A stretch of 64,000 nucleotides of DNA, from the NCBI GenBank assembly GCA_963747225.1, contig CAVVES010000020.1:34967-98966 (forward strand), written 5' to 3'. A program made the translations under genes and the position numbers. Position 1 is the first letter of the stretch, and each line of letters starts with the position of its first letter. This stretch comes from an uncultured beta proteobacterium (lineage in GTDB: Bacteria > Pseudomonadota > Gammaproteobacteria > Burkholderiales > JAEUMW01). Positions 45,901 to 55,490 of the stretch are shown here, piece by piece. The notes below the pieces were generated by a model, which was not told where the DNA came from, did no database searches, and saw only the letters and a list, made by a program, of their open reading frames with translations.

Positions 45901-46716
45901 TCAGCGAGGCACAATGAGAACGGGACATTCCACGGTGCCGATGATGCGCTCCGCATTGCGTCCCAGACGCGGAACGTCTTTGCCCTCTCGGCCGCGCCGG
46001 CCCACCACGACGAGGTCGGCGCGCGTTTCACGGGCGACAGCGACGATCGCATCCGAGGGTTTGCTCGGGCCGGACACAACGCGAACATCGACCTCCACGC
46101 CTGCGCTGCGTGCGATCCCCGCAGCCGCCTCGGCGTGGCGCCCCGCGTCAATGCCTTCCGTGGAAACCGAGACGATGGTCATCGGAATGCGGCATCCGAG
46201 GGCGACCTCGGATGCGACCGCAGCCGCGCGTTCGGAGTCCGGCGCACCATCGGTCGCGAGCAGGATCCTCCGTCGCCACATCTGGCTGCTGCGCGGAACC
46301 ATGAGGACGTTGCACGCCGCATGGCTGGCGACGTTCATCACCATCTCGCCAACCAGCAGACTCGCAAGGAATCCGAGCCTCCCGTAACGTCGGCAGACGA
46401 TGAGATCCGCCTTGCGCTCACGCGCCTCGTCGAGGATTTCCCGCCACGGCTCCTCTCCGCGGCGCACATGCGCGTCGAACTCAATCCCGACCTTCCTTGT
46501 CTCTTCCGCGAGCACGGCGAGGCGAGCATTCGCCTCTTCCTCCGCCTTCGCGACGGATTCGAGCGCCTGTGCCTCGAACTCCGGCGCCCCGAGAGGCACG
46601 ATGGCCATCAGCGGGCGCTTTCGGCTCTGCGCGACGGCGACGGCGACCCGCTCCGCGCCAAGGTCGAACGGAGTGCCCAGGGTGACAAGCAGAATCGAAT
46701 CGAAGGGATGCGTCAT
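45901..46716 (-). CDS. tandem-domain universal stress protein
   Basis: 271 aa with two UspA-like halves, each ending in a G..G(9)G(S/T)-like ATP motif (..VGRRGREGKDVPRLGRNAERI..). Confidence 0.82.
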   Translation of the reverse strand: MTHPFDSILLVTLGTPFDLGAERVAVAVAQSRKRPLMAIVPLGAPEFEAQALESVAKAEEEANARLAVLAEETRKVGIEFDAHVRRGEEPWREILDEARERKADLIVCRRYGRLGFLASLLVGEMVMNVASHAACNVLMVPRSSQMWRRRILLATDGAPDSERAAAVASEVALGCRIPMTIVSVSTEGIDAGRHAEAAAGIARSAGVEVDVRVVSGPSKPSDAIVAVARETRADLVVVGRRGREGKDVPRLGRNAERIIGTVECPVLIVPR

Positions 46717-46869
46717 GGCGGCCTCGTCGAGGGGCGATCTTGCCGTTGCAAAAACGGGATAGCGTACGCGAAAAATCGCGGCGTCGGCAGTATGGCGCGC
46801 ACGCCGATCGGGTGACGTGCCGACGCTTATAAGCCCTTATAATCGCGCTTTCGCATTCGGTACAAGCTC

Positions 46870-47436
46870 ATGGCGCACCGTCTCTCCAGGATAGTGACCC
46901 GCACCGGCGACGACGGCACGACGGGTCTCGGCGACGGCTCGCGCCTTTCGAAGACCGCGCCACGCGTCGCAGCGATTGGAGACGTGGACGAGCTGAACAG
47001 CAGTCTCGGCGTCGTGCTAGCGGAAACGCTGCCGGCCGGGGTTCGCGCCTGCCTCGTCGACGTGCAGCACGATCTCTTCGACCTGGGTGGAGAGCTCGCG
47101 GTGCCGGGATTCACCCTCGTCACCGATGCGCATCTGGCGCGCGTCGACGCAGCGGTCGAAGCTTTCAACGGGGCGCTGCCGCCGCTGAAGGAATTCATCC
47201 TCCCGGGAGGCAGCCGCGCCGGGAGCCTCGCGCACGTCGCAAGAACGGTGTGCCGCCGTGCCGAGCGCGACGTCGTCGCGCTGGGCGCAGGGGAGACGGT
47301 CTCGCCCCTCGTTCAGCGCTACCTGAACCGCCTTTCCGACCTGCTTTTCGTTCTTGCGCGGGTCGTCAACCGCGCCGAGGGCGTCGCCGACGTGCTCTGG
47401 CAGCAGGGCAGGAACCGCGGCAGCGCGGGGGACTAG
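46870..47436 (+). CDS. ATP:cob(I)alamin adenosyltransferase, PduO type
   Basis: 188 aa. RIVTRTGDDGTTGLGDGSRLSK...IGDVDELNSSLG is typical of the PduO/MMAB family. Confidence 0.88.
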   Translation: MAHRLSRIVTRTGDDGTTGLGDGSRLSKTAPRVAAIGDVDELNSSLGVVLAETLPAGVRACLVDVQHDLFDLGGELAVPGFTLVTDAHLARVDAAVEAFNGALPPLKEFILPGGSRAGSLAHVARTVCRRAERDVVALGAGETVSPLVQRYLNRLSDLLFVLARVVNRAEGVADVLWQQGRNRGSAGD

Positions 47437-47445
47437 ACGCCCACC

Positions 47446-48021
47446 ATGAGCGACCTCCTCGATCCTGCGCTGCTCTCGGGTCTGCTCGCGCGGAGCGCGC
47501 TCAAGGACCAGCAGGCGTTCGCCGACTTGTACCGGCGCACGAGCCCGAAACTGCTTGGGATGGCGCTGCGTATATTGCACAGGCAGGACTGGGCCGAAGA
47601 GGTGTTGCAGGAGAGTTTCGTCAGCATCTGGCAGCACGCGGGCGACTATACGGCGGCGAAGAGCGCACCCGTCACCTGGATGACGAGCATTGTGCGGAAC
47701 CGCGCGCTGGACTTCTTGAGGCGTCCGCGGGAGGAGTTGCCGGGGGAGTTCGAGGCGATGCTCGAGGTCATCGCCGACGAGACGCCTGGTCTGCTCGATG
47801 AACTCGCCGAGCGCGACGAGGCGCGCAGCCTCGTTCGCTGCCTCGAAACCCTCGAGCCGAGCCAGCGGCAGACCATCGCCCTCGCCTTCTTTCATGGGCT
47901 CACGCATTCGGAGCTGGCCGCGCACCTCAAGGCGCCCCTCGGAACCGTGAAGACTTGGGTGCGGCGCGGGCTGGAGCGTCTGAAAAGCTGTTTGGGGGCG
48001 ATGGAAACCGGAAGGCAATAA
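47446..48021 (+). CDS. ECF (sigma-70 family) RNA polymerase sigma factor
   Basis: 191 aa. Region 2 (FADLYRRTSPKLLGMALRIL..AEEVLQESFVSIW) and region 4 HTH (LTHSELAAHLKAPLGTVKTWVRRGL). Confidence 0.9.
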   Translation: MSDLLDPALLSGLLARSALKDQQAFADLYRRTSPKLLGMALRILHRQDWAEEVLQESFVSIWQHAGDYTAAKSAPVTWMTSIVRNRALDFLRRPREELPGEFEAMLEVIADETPGLLDELAERDEARSLVRCLETLEPSQRQTIALAFFHGLTHSELAAHLKAPLGTVKTWVRRGLERLKSCLGAMETGRQ

Positions 48022-48031
48022 AGCGGAACAC

Positions 48032-48742
48032 ATGAGATACCAGGACCCGCGACTGCGCGATCTGCTGGCTGCCGAGTACGTGCTCGGCACGCTGCGTGGG
48101 CTCGCGCGCGTGCGCTTCCGGCGGCTGCTGCGCTACGACCCGGCGCTGCGACGCACGGTGGAAGACTGGGAAGCGCGGCTTCTGCCCCTCGTGCTCGCCA
48201 CACCGGGCGTCGTACCGTCGGAACATGTCTGGCAAAGCATCCAGGCGCGCATCGGAGGAGTACCGGCTCGTGCTCCCGCGCGGCGCGGGTTTCTGCAGAA
48301 CCTGTTCCTGTGGCGGAGTCTCGCCGTTCTCGCCTCGGTCGCGGCCATCGCCCTCGGCGTCCTGCTGGCGCAGGGTCCGCCCCCCAAACCGGCGACGATG
48401 GTGGTCGTGATGAACAACAAGGAAGCGCAGCCGCGGATCACTGTGTCGTGGCTGTCCAAGGAGCCGGGAAAACGGACTTTGCGCGTGCGCGTGATGGGTC
48501 ACCAGGAAATGGCACCCGATACTTCGTGGGAGCTGTGGTGCCTGCCGGGTGGAGGCAAGCCACCCCAGTCTATCGCGCTCATCACCACCCACGAGGACCA
48601 GGTGCTGAGCCTCCCACGCGACCTGTGGCCAATGCTCGATCACGCGGAGGGCCTCGCCATGAGCATCGAGCCAAAGGGAGGTTCGCCTACCGGCCTTCCT
48701 ACCGGGCCGGTGATTTTCTCCGGCGCGCGGGTCGTGATCTGA
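48032..48742 (+). CDS. anti-sigma factor (RskA-like)
   Basis: 236 aa immediately after the ECF sigma gene. N-terminal LAAEYVLGTL, a central TM helix, and a C-terminal domain ending ..GGSPTGLPTGPVIFSG. Confidence 0.78.
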   Translation: MRYQDPRLRDLLAAEYVLGTLRGLARVRFRRLLRYDPALRRTVEDWEARLLPLVLATPGVVPSEHVWQSIQARIGGVPARAPARRGFLQNLFLWRSLAVLASVAAIALGVLLAQGPPPKPATMVVVMNNKEAQPRITVSWLSKEPGKRTLRVRVMGHQEMAPDTSWELWCLPGGGKPPQSIALITTHEDQVLSLPRDLWPMLDHAEGLAMSIEPKGGSPTGLPTGPVIFSGARVVI

Positions 48743-48753
48743 GGAACCGGTCC

Positions 48754-49659
48754 TCAGCGCGCGCGCTCTAGCTTCTCGCAGACTTCAGCGATCCCCGCAG
48801 TGAGGCGCGGCGACGCGCGCTCCACGCGCGTGGCGTCGATCCGGTACGCGTTACCATGGGCGACCGCGCGCAGCGTGGGAAGCTGCGCCCACCGCCCGTT
48901 CCCGCTCTCTTCCGCGCCGCCGATCAGGATGACCTGCGGATCGGCGGCGATCACGCTTTCGATGGACACCTCAGGAGCGAGGAGTTTCACCTCACCGAAC
49001 ACGTTGCGCCCACCGCAGAAGCGGATCACCTCGTCGATGAGATGCACGCCGCCGACGGTTACGAGGGGCCGCTCCCACACCTGGTAGAAGACAGTCACCT
49101 CGCGCCGGCCGCCGTAGCGATTGCGCAGCGTCGCCACTTCGCTATCGAAAGCCGTTGCGGAGGCATCCGCCACGGCGCTCGTTTCTGAAACCAGTCCGAT
49201 GAGGCGCACGATGCGCGACACATCGCCGATTCGTTGTGGCTCGGTCGCGATGACCGGGATGCCGAGTTCCTCAATCCGCTTCACATCGACGGGCCGGTTA
49301 CCGCTCTTCCACGCGAGCACGAGATCCGGTTTCAGGGCAAGCAGCCGCTCGATGTCGACGCCGTTGGCGCTCGCGACAACGGGTAGCCGCTTCGCCTCGG
49401 GCGGCGCATCGCTGAAATCGGAAACGCCGACGAGCGCGGAGCCGGCGCCGGCAGCAAAGGAAAGCTCGGTGAGATTCGGGGCCAGCGTGACGATGCGGCG
49501 GGCGGGCCCGGCAAGCTGGATGGTCATCCCGCGGTCGTCGGTGAGGGTAACGGGAGCCGCAAGCGACTTCGCCGCAGTGAGCAGCAGAAGGGAAAAAACG
49601 ACGAGACTCCACTTGGCCTCTGCCCGCAAGCAGAGCAAGCGGTTTGGATCGGCGATCAC
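48754..49659 (-). CDS. periplasmic ABC substrate-binding protein, BtuF/cobalamin-siderophore class
   Basis: 301 aa with a signal peptide. RIVTLAPNLTELSFAAGAGSALVGVSDFSD is typical of the BtuF-like class. Confidence 0.75.
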   Translation of the reverse strand: MIADPNRLLCLRAEAKWSLVVFSLLLLTAAKSLAAPVTLTDDRGMTIQLAGPARRIVTLAPNLTELSFAAGAGSALVGVSDFSDAPPEAKRLPVVASANGVDIERLLALKPDLVLAWKSGNRPVDVKRIEELGIPVIATEPQRIGDVSRIVRLIGLVSETSAVADASATAFDSEVATLRNRYGGRREVTVFYQVWERPLVTVGGVHLIDEVIRFCGGRNVFGEVKLLAPEVSIESVIAADPQVILIGGAEESGNGRWAQLPTLRAVAHGNAYRIDATRVERASPRLTAGIAEVCEKLERAR

Positions 49660-49751
49660 GCAAATCCCGGGATAGCAACCGGACGCGGGCTATGGATACC
49701 GCGGCCGCGCTTGCCCGTCACGGTCCTTCCGGAAGCGCACCGCGCCCGCGG

Positions 49752-50291
49752 TCACGACCGGGGTGCCTTTTCGGCAGCCTCCATGAGTTCGACGAGCTTC
49801 GCACTCGCCTGCCGCAGCCGCTGGTTCAGCAGAACGACCAGGTGCATCAGAACCTTCGTGGCGAGAGCCGGTTGCCGCTCGGTGATCGCATGGAAACCGG
49901 TCCGGTCCAGCATCGCGAACGTCGTGTCTTCCGCAGCGACGCAGGTGGCGAAGCGCGGCTCGCCGTCGACCATGGACATCTCACCCAGGGTCTTGCCTGG
50001 CCCGACGGTCGCAACCAGTTTTGGATTGGCGCTGTTGAACTGCTTGTGCACTGTGACCTGGCCGCTTAACACGAGGACCATGAAGCTGCCCTCGTCGCCC
50101 TCGATGATGAACGGCTCACCGGCACGCACGCGAAACACGTCGAGGAAGCCGCACAGCAGGCCTGCCTCCTCGGGCGAGAGCTCGCTGAAGACGCGCGCGC
50201 TGCGCACCGCATTGATCTGATCCGCGAATGCGAGCCCGCTGCCGAGATGATCCAGGCCCTCGATATAGCGACCGCCGAGGCGGTAACCCAT
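49752..50291 (-). CDS. cyclic-nucleotide-binding domain protein
   Basis: 179 aa with a cNMP-binding beta-barrel (FIIEGDEGSFMVLVLSGQVTV...GKTLGEMSMVDGEPRFATCVA). Confidence 0.78.
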   Translation of the reverse strand: MGYRLGGRYIEGLDHLGSGLAFADQINAVRSARVFSELSPEEAGLLCGFLDVFRVRAGEPFIIEGDEGSFMVLVLSGQVTVHKQFNSANPKLVATVGPGKTLGEMSMVDGEPRFATCVAAEDTTFAMLDRTGFHAITERQPALATKVLMHLVVLLNQRLRQASAKLVELMEAAEKAPRS

Positions 50292-50315
50292 TTGCCGTTC
50301 CTCCTGCTCGTTCGC

Positions 50316-51437
50316 TCAGGCGCTTTCCCGGAACTTCTGTCCGAGCCCCACGCGGCGCAGATACGCTTCGCGGGCAATCGCGACGTCCTGCAGAAAATGC
50401 GGCAGCTCTCCCATGAGCAGCGCCTGCGGTCCGTCCACCAGCGCCTTCGCCGGATTTGGATGAAAGTCTACAAGAACCATGTTCGCTCCGGCGAGCACGC
50501 CTTGCGCGGTGACATGGAAAACGTCGAGCAGCCCGTCAGGCGCCTGAACGCGCGAGCCGACCGAGTGCGAGGGGTCGATACACACCGGCATGCGCGTGAG
50601 CCGCCTCACCACGGGTACGTGGGAGAAGTCCACGAAGTTGCGGTGGGGATCGCCCATGTTGGTCTTCATGCCGCGCAGGCCGAACACGACCCGGCGGTTG
50701 CCTTCGCTCGCGAGATACTCGGCGGCGTTCAGGGATTCGTCCAGCGTGATGCCGAAGCCGCGCTTCAGCAGCACGGGAAAGTCCTTCTGGCGACCGGCGA
50801 TCTTGAGCAGCTCGAAGTTCTGGGTGTTGCGCGTGCCGATCTGGAGCATGACGCCGGTCGGATTCCCGGTTTGCTCCAGCGCTTCGCGGATCTCGTTGAT
50901 GTGCGATTCGTGGGTGACCTCCATTGCGATCACCTTGATGCCGTACTTCCCGGCGAGCTCGAACACGTAAGGCAGGCATTTCTTTCCGTGCCCCTGGAAT
51001 GCGTACGGGCTGGTGCGCGGCTTGTACGCACCCATGCGCGTGCAGACCTGACCTTCGTCGCGGAGCGCCCGCATCATCTGCTCGACGTGCTCGGGAGTGT
51101 CGACCGCGCACAAACCCGCGAACACGTTCAGCGTATCCTGACCAAAGCGCACGCCGTTGTAGTCGAAATGCGTGGGCCGCGCCTCGTCCTTGTGGCGGCC
51201 GAGAACACGGTATTCCTCCGAGATTCTGACCACCCGCTCGACGCAGGGCAGCGATCGCATATCGTCGAGATCGAGGGAAGTCGTGCTGCCGATGAGGTAA
51301 ACCTCGAACACGCCGCGCTCGGTGCCCTGTTCGTGATGCACCCGCGCGGTGATGTTCGGCAGGTTGGCAAGCTTCGCCATCAGCGACTGGTACTCGCCGC
51401 TCTTGGGATCCGTGTTTTCTTCGAGGATGAGGATCAT
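50316..51437 (-). CDS. 3-deoxy-7-phosphoheptulonate (DAHP) synthase, type I-beta with N-terminal regulatory domain
   Basis: Track ORF 50316..51512; preferred start is MILILEENTD at 51437. ..RMGAYKPRTSPYAFQGHG...CIDPSHS.. Confidence 0.88.
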   Translation of the reverse strand: MILILEENTDPKSGEYQSLMAKLANLPNITARVHHEQGTERGVFEVYLIGSTTSLDLDDMRSLPCVERVVRISEEYRVLGRHKDEARPTHFDYNGVRFGQDTLNVFAGLCAVDTPEHVEQMMRALRDEGQVCTRMGAYKPRTSPYAFQGHGKKCLPYVFELAGKYGIKVIAMEVTHESHINEIREALEQTGNPTGVMLQIGTRNTQNFELLKIAGRQKDFPVLLKRGFGITLDESLNAAEYLASEGNRRVVFGLRGMKTNMGDPHRNFVDFSHVPVVRRLTRMPVCIDPSHSVGSRVQAPDGLLDVFHVTAQGVLAGANMVLVDFHPNPAKALVDGPQALLMGELPHFLQDVAIAREAYLRRVGLGQKFRESA

Positions 51438-51606
51438 CGCAGCAGGGTGAGCGCTAGCCACGAGAAACGGACAGGGCGCGCCGGAGAAAAGCGCGCATTC
51501 TAGCGGATTCACAAGGGGCAGTCATGAACACCGCCGCTCCAGCGGTCGCCCACGTCCGCTGAACGTAAGCTTTGCCCGCCCGCGCCCTCCCCTGCCGAAG
51601 CCGCGA

Positions 51607-51813
51607 CTAATCGAGCGTGAACCCCACCTTGATCGTCACCTGCCAATGGACGACCTTGCCGCTCACGATCTGACCGCGGGTGTCGACCACCTGGAACCAG
51701 TGCATGTTGCGCATCGTCTGCGCTGCGCGCTCGACCGCGGTCTGGATGGCATCTTCGATACTCGTTTCGGACGAGCCGGTCAGCTCGAGGTGTTTGTACA
51801 CATGCTGGCTCAT
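51607..51813 (-). CDS. dodecin family flavin-binding protein
   Basis: This is the 68-aa tail of track ORF 51607..52119. [42 protein letters not shown]. Confidence 0.8.
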   Translation of the reverse strand: MSQHVYKHLELTGSSETSIEDAIQTAVERAAQTMRNMHWFQVVDTRGQIVSGKVVHWQVTIKVGFTLD

Positions 51814-51839
51814 GGTTTCCTGCTCCGAATCGAATGCGG

Positions 51840-52304
51840 CTAGAGTTTGCGCGGCGCAAAGGCGGAGAGCTGCCCGGGTTTGCGCAGCATCTTGTCCACT
51901 TCTCCGGCGTGCAACTCCTCGGCGTGGACCATCTGGCGCGTGAATTCTTCCAGCGCCACCGCGCGCCCCTCGACCAGCCCGAGCAGCTCGCGGTACAACT
52001 TGAGAGCATCGGCCTCCGCTTGCAGAGACTCGCGCAGAATGTCGCCGATATCGAACTTGTGGCTGTCGAGCAGCGGTCCGATTTCGAGGGAGGGATAGGC
52101 GCCGAAATGCGTGATCCATTCGCCGACCTGCTGGGCGTGCAGCAGGGATTCGTCGGCCTGGGCCCGAAGCCAGGAGACAATCGGTATTCGCCCGAAGCCG
52201 AAAACCAGAAAGGAATAGTGCGTGTAGCGCACCACCCCGGCGAGCTCCATTTCCAGGATACGGTTCAGCACCGATACCACCCGGTCGTTGTCGAGGTCGG
52301 CCAT
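51840..52304 (-). CDS. bfr: bacterioferritin-family (ferritin-like) protein
   Basis: 154 aa with a four-helix ferritin-like pattern ([18 protein letters not shown]...[13 protein letters not shown]...EADALKLY...[13 protein letters not shown]). Confidence 0.72.
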   Translation of the reverse strand: MADLDNDRVVSVLNRILEMELAGVVRYTHYSFLVFGFGRIPIVSWLRAQADESLLHAQQVGEWITHFGAYPSLEIGPLLDSHKFDIGDILRESLQAEADALKLYRELLGLVEGRAVALEEFTRQMVHAEELHAGEVDKMLRKPGQLSAFAPRKL

Positions 52305-52516
52305 GACTGCCCCCTAGTGGTTGAAGGACGATTGGAACCCGGAGCCAAGAATTGGATTAGCCATTCTAGCGCTGCGGCACGAGCAAAGGGGAACGCGACC
52401 ACTGGATGCGAAACGACGGACAACGCCCGCGGCGCAGCGCGCCAATGGACGGGCGTGGTATTGGTGGCCCCACCGAATACCCCCATAATCGCCTTCTCCT
52501 ATCGAATCGCGAAACG

Positions 52517-53380
52517 ATGAAGGACAACGACGAACCGGACGCCGCCGGGCTTGGGCAGGTGATCGAGCACAACGTGTCGGCGGCGCTCGAAGAGGACGTC
52601 GGCAGCGGTGACCTGACCGCCCTGCTGGTTCCCGCAGAGGAAACCGCACACGCCACGGTCATCAGCCGGCAAGCAGCAACACTGGCAGGGGGACCATGGT
52701 TCGAAGCGGTGTTCCGGCAGATCGATGCACGGGTGCGAGTGACCTGGCACCGTCGCGAGGGCGACGCGTTGCACGCGGGCGAAACCGTCTGCACCCTGGA
52801 CGGGCCCGTCCGCTCATTGCTCACCAGCGAACGGACTGCCCTCAATTTCCTGCAGACCCTCTCCGCGGTCGCCACCCAGACGCGTGCGTACGCCGATGCC
52901 GTGCGCGGCACGCGGGCGGTCGTGGTCGACACGCGGAAGACGCTGCCGGGACTCAGGCTTGCGGAAAAATACGCGGTGCGGGTGGGCGGCGGCCGGAACC
53001 ACCGGCTCGGGCTCTACGACGGCATCCTGATCAAGGAGAACCATATCGCCGCTGCCGGCGGTATCGGTCCGGCCCTCGGGGCCGCTGCGCGCCTGAACGC
53101 AGATGTTCCTGTGCAGATCGAGGTCGAGACGCTGACGCAACTCGAGGAAGCCTTGCAGGCCGGCGCGAAGCTCATTCTCCTCGACAATTTCAGCGTCGAT
53201 CAGCTGCGCGAGGCGGTACGCCTCAATGCCGGCCGTGCCGCGCTCGAAGCGTCCGGCGGCATCGGCCTCACCGATGTGCACGCGGTCGCGGAGACGGGCG
53301 TGGACCGCATCTCGGTGGGTGCGCTCACCAAGGACGTAAAGGCGATCGACCTGTCGATGCGGTTCGCTTACACCCGCTGA
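52517..53380 (+). CDS. nadC: nicotinate-nucleotide diphosphorylase (quinolinate phosphoribosyltransferase)
   Basis: Track ORF 52406..53380; preferred start is MKDNDEPD at 52517. ALEEDVGSGDLTA...ERTALNFLQ...DTRKT.PGLR...KENH. Confidence 0.9.
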   Translation: MKDNDEPDAAGLGQVIEHNVSAALEEDVGSGDLTALLVPAEETAHATVISRQAATLAGGPWFEAVFRQIDARVRVTWHRREGDALHAGETVCTLDGPVRSLLTSERTALNFLQTLSAVATQTRAYADAVRGTRAVVVDTRKTLPGLRLAEKYAVRVGGGRNHRLGLYDGILIKENHIAAAGGIGPALGAAARLNADVPVQIEVETLTQLEEALQAGAKLILLDNFSVDQLREAVRLNAGRAALEASGGIGLTDVHAVAETGVDRISVGALTKDVKAIDLSMRFAYTR

Positions 53381-53385
53381 TCACC

Positions 53386-54036
53386 TCACGCTGCCGGATC
53401 AGCGCAGTCGCCCCCCGATCCCTTGCGCGCGACAAAGTCCACGAGGGCGGAACGACCGACATGCCGGGTCCCTTCCTCCAGCCAGTCCTCCCGCTCTTCG
53501 AGGAGCACGGTCTCGAAATCGCCGAAAGCCGCGCGCAGCATGTCTTGCGTGTAGAGGTGATCCGCATCGGGCGGGCCGCCCGTTCCATGCTGGAGCTGCC
53601 TGCGGCCGTAACCCTCGAGAATCAATAGCCCACCCGGCTTGAGTGCGCGGCGCATGTCCAGGAAAAGCTGCTCGCGTTCGGAGGGCGAGGCGAACTGGAT
53701 GAAGATCGCGACCATCGCGTCGTAACGCTCCGCCGGCCAGCTCCACTCGCGCACGTCCGCGAGGGTCAAATGAATCTCGACGCCGCGCTCGGCCGCGAGC
53801 TTGCGCGCCTTCTCGACCGCTCGCGGCGAGATCTCCACGCCTTCGACTTCGAGACCCTGCTGCGCGAGCCACACGCTGTTGCGACCCTCGCCATCCGCGA
53901 CACTCAGCACACGCTGGCCGGGCTTCAACCGATGCCCTTGAGTGACGAGAAAGCGATTCGGCGCCGTGCCAAAGATATACTCGTCGGTCGCGAAGCGGCT
54001 GTCCCAGACCTTACGTGCGTCGTCGAAACCGGGCAT
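53386..54036 (-). CDS. class I SAM-dependent methyltransferase
   Basis: 216 aa with motif I VLSVADGEGRNSVWLA and motif post-I EGVEISP. Confidence 0.78.
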   Translation of the reverse strand: MPGFDDARKVWDSRFATDEYIFGTAPNRFLVTQGHRLKPGQRVLSVADGEGRNSVWLAQQGLEVEGVEISPRAVEKARKLAAERGVEIHLTLADVREWSWPAERYDAMVAIFIQFASPSEREQLFLDMRRALKPGGLLILEGYGRRQLQHGTGGPPDADHLYTQDMLRAAFGDFETVLLEEREDWLEEGTRHVGRSALVDFVARKGSGGDCADPAA

Positions 54037-54038
54037 GG

Positions 54039-55448
54039 TCAGGCGACCCGGTCCGCGATGTAGCGCTTGATGGCCACCGGATCGGCGTCCATCGAATCGA
54101 AGCGCAAAGGTTTGCGCTCCAGGTCCGCATAAGCGGCCGGACGCGCCGGATCCCGACCGATGGCGGCGCGTATGGTCTCAGCGAATTTCGCCGGCTGCGC
54201 CGTTTCGAGACATACGAGCGGCACGCCCGCGTCGCGCTGCTCCAGCCCCGCCTTGATCCCGTCCGCCGTATGCGTATCGACCATCACGCCATAGCGCTCG
54301 TACACGCGCCGGATCGTGGCAAGGCGATCTTCGTGCGCGCTGCGCCCGGACGCGAAGCCGAACTCGCGAACTCTCCCGAAATACGAAGTCGACCCGAGAT
54401 CGAACTCACCGTCGCGATCGAGCTTCCGCCAGAGATCCGCGACGAAACCCGGATCACGCCCGACGAGGTCGTACACGAAGCGCTCGAAATTCGACGCTCT
54501 GGAGATGTCCATGGACGGGCTGGTGGTTTGCACGACGTCCCGGGACGGGCGGGCCCGATAGCGCCCGGTGCGGAAGAATTCGTCGAGCACGTCGTTCTCG
54601 TTCGTTGCCACCACAAGCTTCGCGATCGGGAGCCCCATCGTGCGCGCCACGTGCCCCGCGCAGACGTTGCCAAGGTTGCCCGACGGCACCGAGAACGCAA
54701 CGCTCTCCGCCTCGGACGAGGTCACGGCAAAATAGGCTTTGAAGTAGTACACAACCTGGGCGAGGAGCCGCGCCCAGTTGATGGAATTGACCGTGCCGAT
54801 GCGGTATCGCGATTTGAATTCCAAATCGTTCGACACCGCCTTCACCATGTCCTGACAATCGTCGAACACGCCGCGCACTGCGACGTTGTAGATATTGGCA
54901 TCCTGCAGCGAGTACATCTGCGCGGTCTGGAACGCGCTCATCTTGCCTTCCGGTGAAAGCATGAACACCCGCACGCCGCGCTTGCCACGCATCGCATATT
55001 CCGCCGCCGAACCGGTGTCGCCCGAGGTGGCGCCGAGGATGTTCAACTCCTCGCCTCGCTGCGCGAGGACGTACTCGAACAGGGCGCCGAGCAACTGCAT
55101 CGCCACGTCCTTGAACGCCAGCGTCGGGCCGTTGGAGAGATGAAGGAGGTGCAATCCCGGCTCCAACGTGGTGACGGGCGTGATCTCATCCGACCCGAAC
55201 ACTTCCGCCGTGTAGGTCCGGCTCACGATGGCGCGAAGGTCCGCGTGAGGAATGTCGTCGATGAACCGCGAGAGGATTTCGAGCGCGAGCTCGCGATACC
55301 CGAACGTGCGCCACGACCGAAGGTCCTCTGGCGATAGGCGCGGATAGCGATCTGGCGTAACCAGCCCGCCGTCCGGCGCCAGACCGCCCAGCAGGATCTC
55401 GGTAAATGGCGCGGGTGGCATGCCGCCACGGGTGGAAACGTATTTCAA
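54039..55448 (-). CDS. thrC: threonine synthase
   Basis: 469 aa. MKYVSTRG..., PLP lysine region PTLAFKDVAMQ, and position after hom. Confidence 0.94.
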   Translation of the reverse strand: MKYVSTRGGMPPAPFTEILLGGLAPDGGLVTPDRYPRLSPEDLRSWRTFGYRELALEILSRFIDDIPHADLRAIVSRTYTAEVFGSDEITPVTTLEPGLHLLHLSNGPTLAFKDVAMQLLGALFEYVLAQRGEELNILGATSGDTGSAAEYAMRGKRGVRVFMLSPEGKMSAFQTAQMYSLQDANIYNVAVRGVFDDCQDMVKAVSNDLEFKSRYRIGTVNSINWARLLAQVVYYFKAYFAVTSSEAESVAFSVPSGNLGNVCAGHVARTMGLPIAKLVVATNENDVLDEFFRTGRYRARPSRDVVQTTSPSMDISRASNFERFVYDLVGRDPGFVADLWRKLDRDGEFDLGSTSYFGRVREFGFASGRSAHEDRLATIRRVYERYGVMVDTHTADGIKAGLEQRDAGVPLVCLETAQPAKFAETIRAAIGRDPARPAAYADLERKPLRFDSMDADPVAIKRYIADRVA

Positions 55449-55490
55449 TTGCAGCTCGCAATGGCGAAACGACGGGGCCGTGCGACGCGG

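Noticed and set aside
49660-49751. A cobalamin riboswitch upstream of the BtuF-like binding-protein gene, or near the PduO-type adenosyltransferase.
   Set aside because: The upstream gap is only ~90 nt and shows no B12-box-like conserved core that I can recognise. The region before 46870 shows only a TATAAT-type -10 element.
52348-52367. A Fur-box-like palindrome AGAATTGGATTAGCCATTCT upstream of the bacterioferritin-family gene.
   Set aside because: It resembles the Fur consensus only loosely and is more GC-rich in the centre. I cannot support it without a matrix scan.
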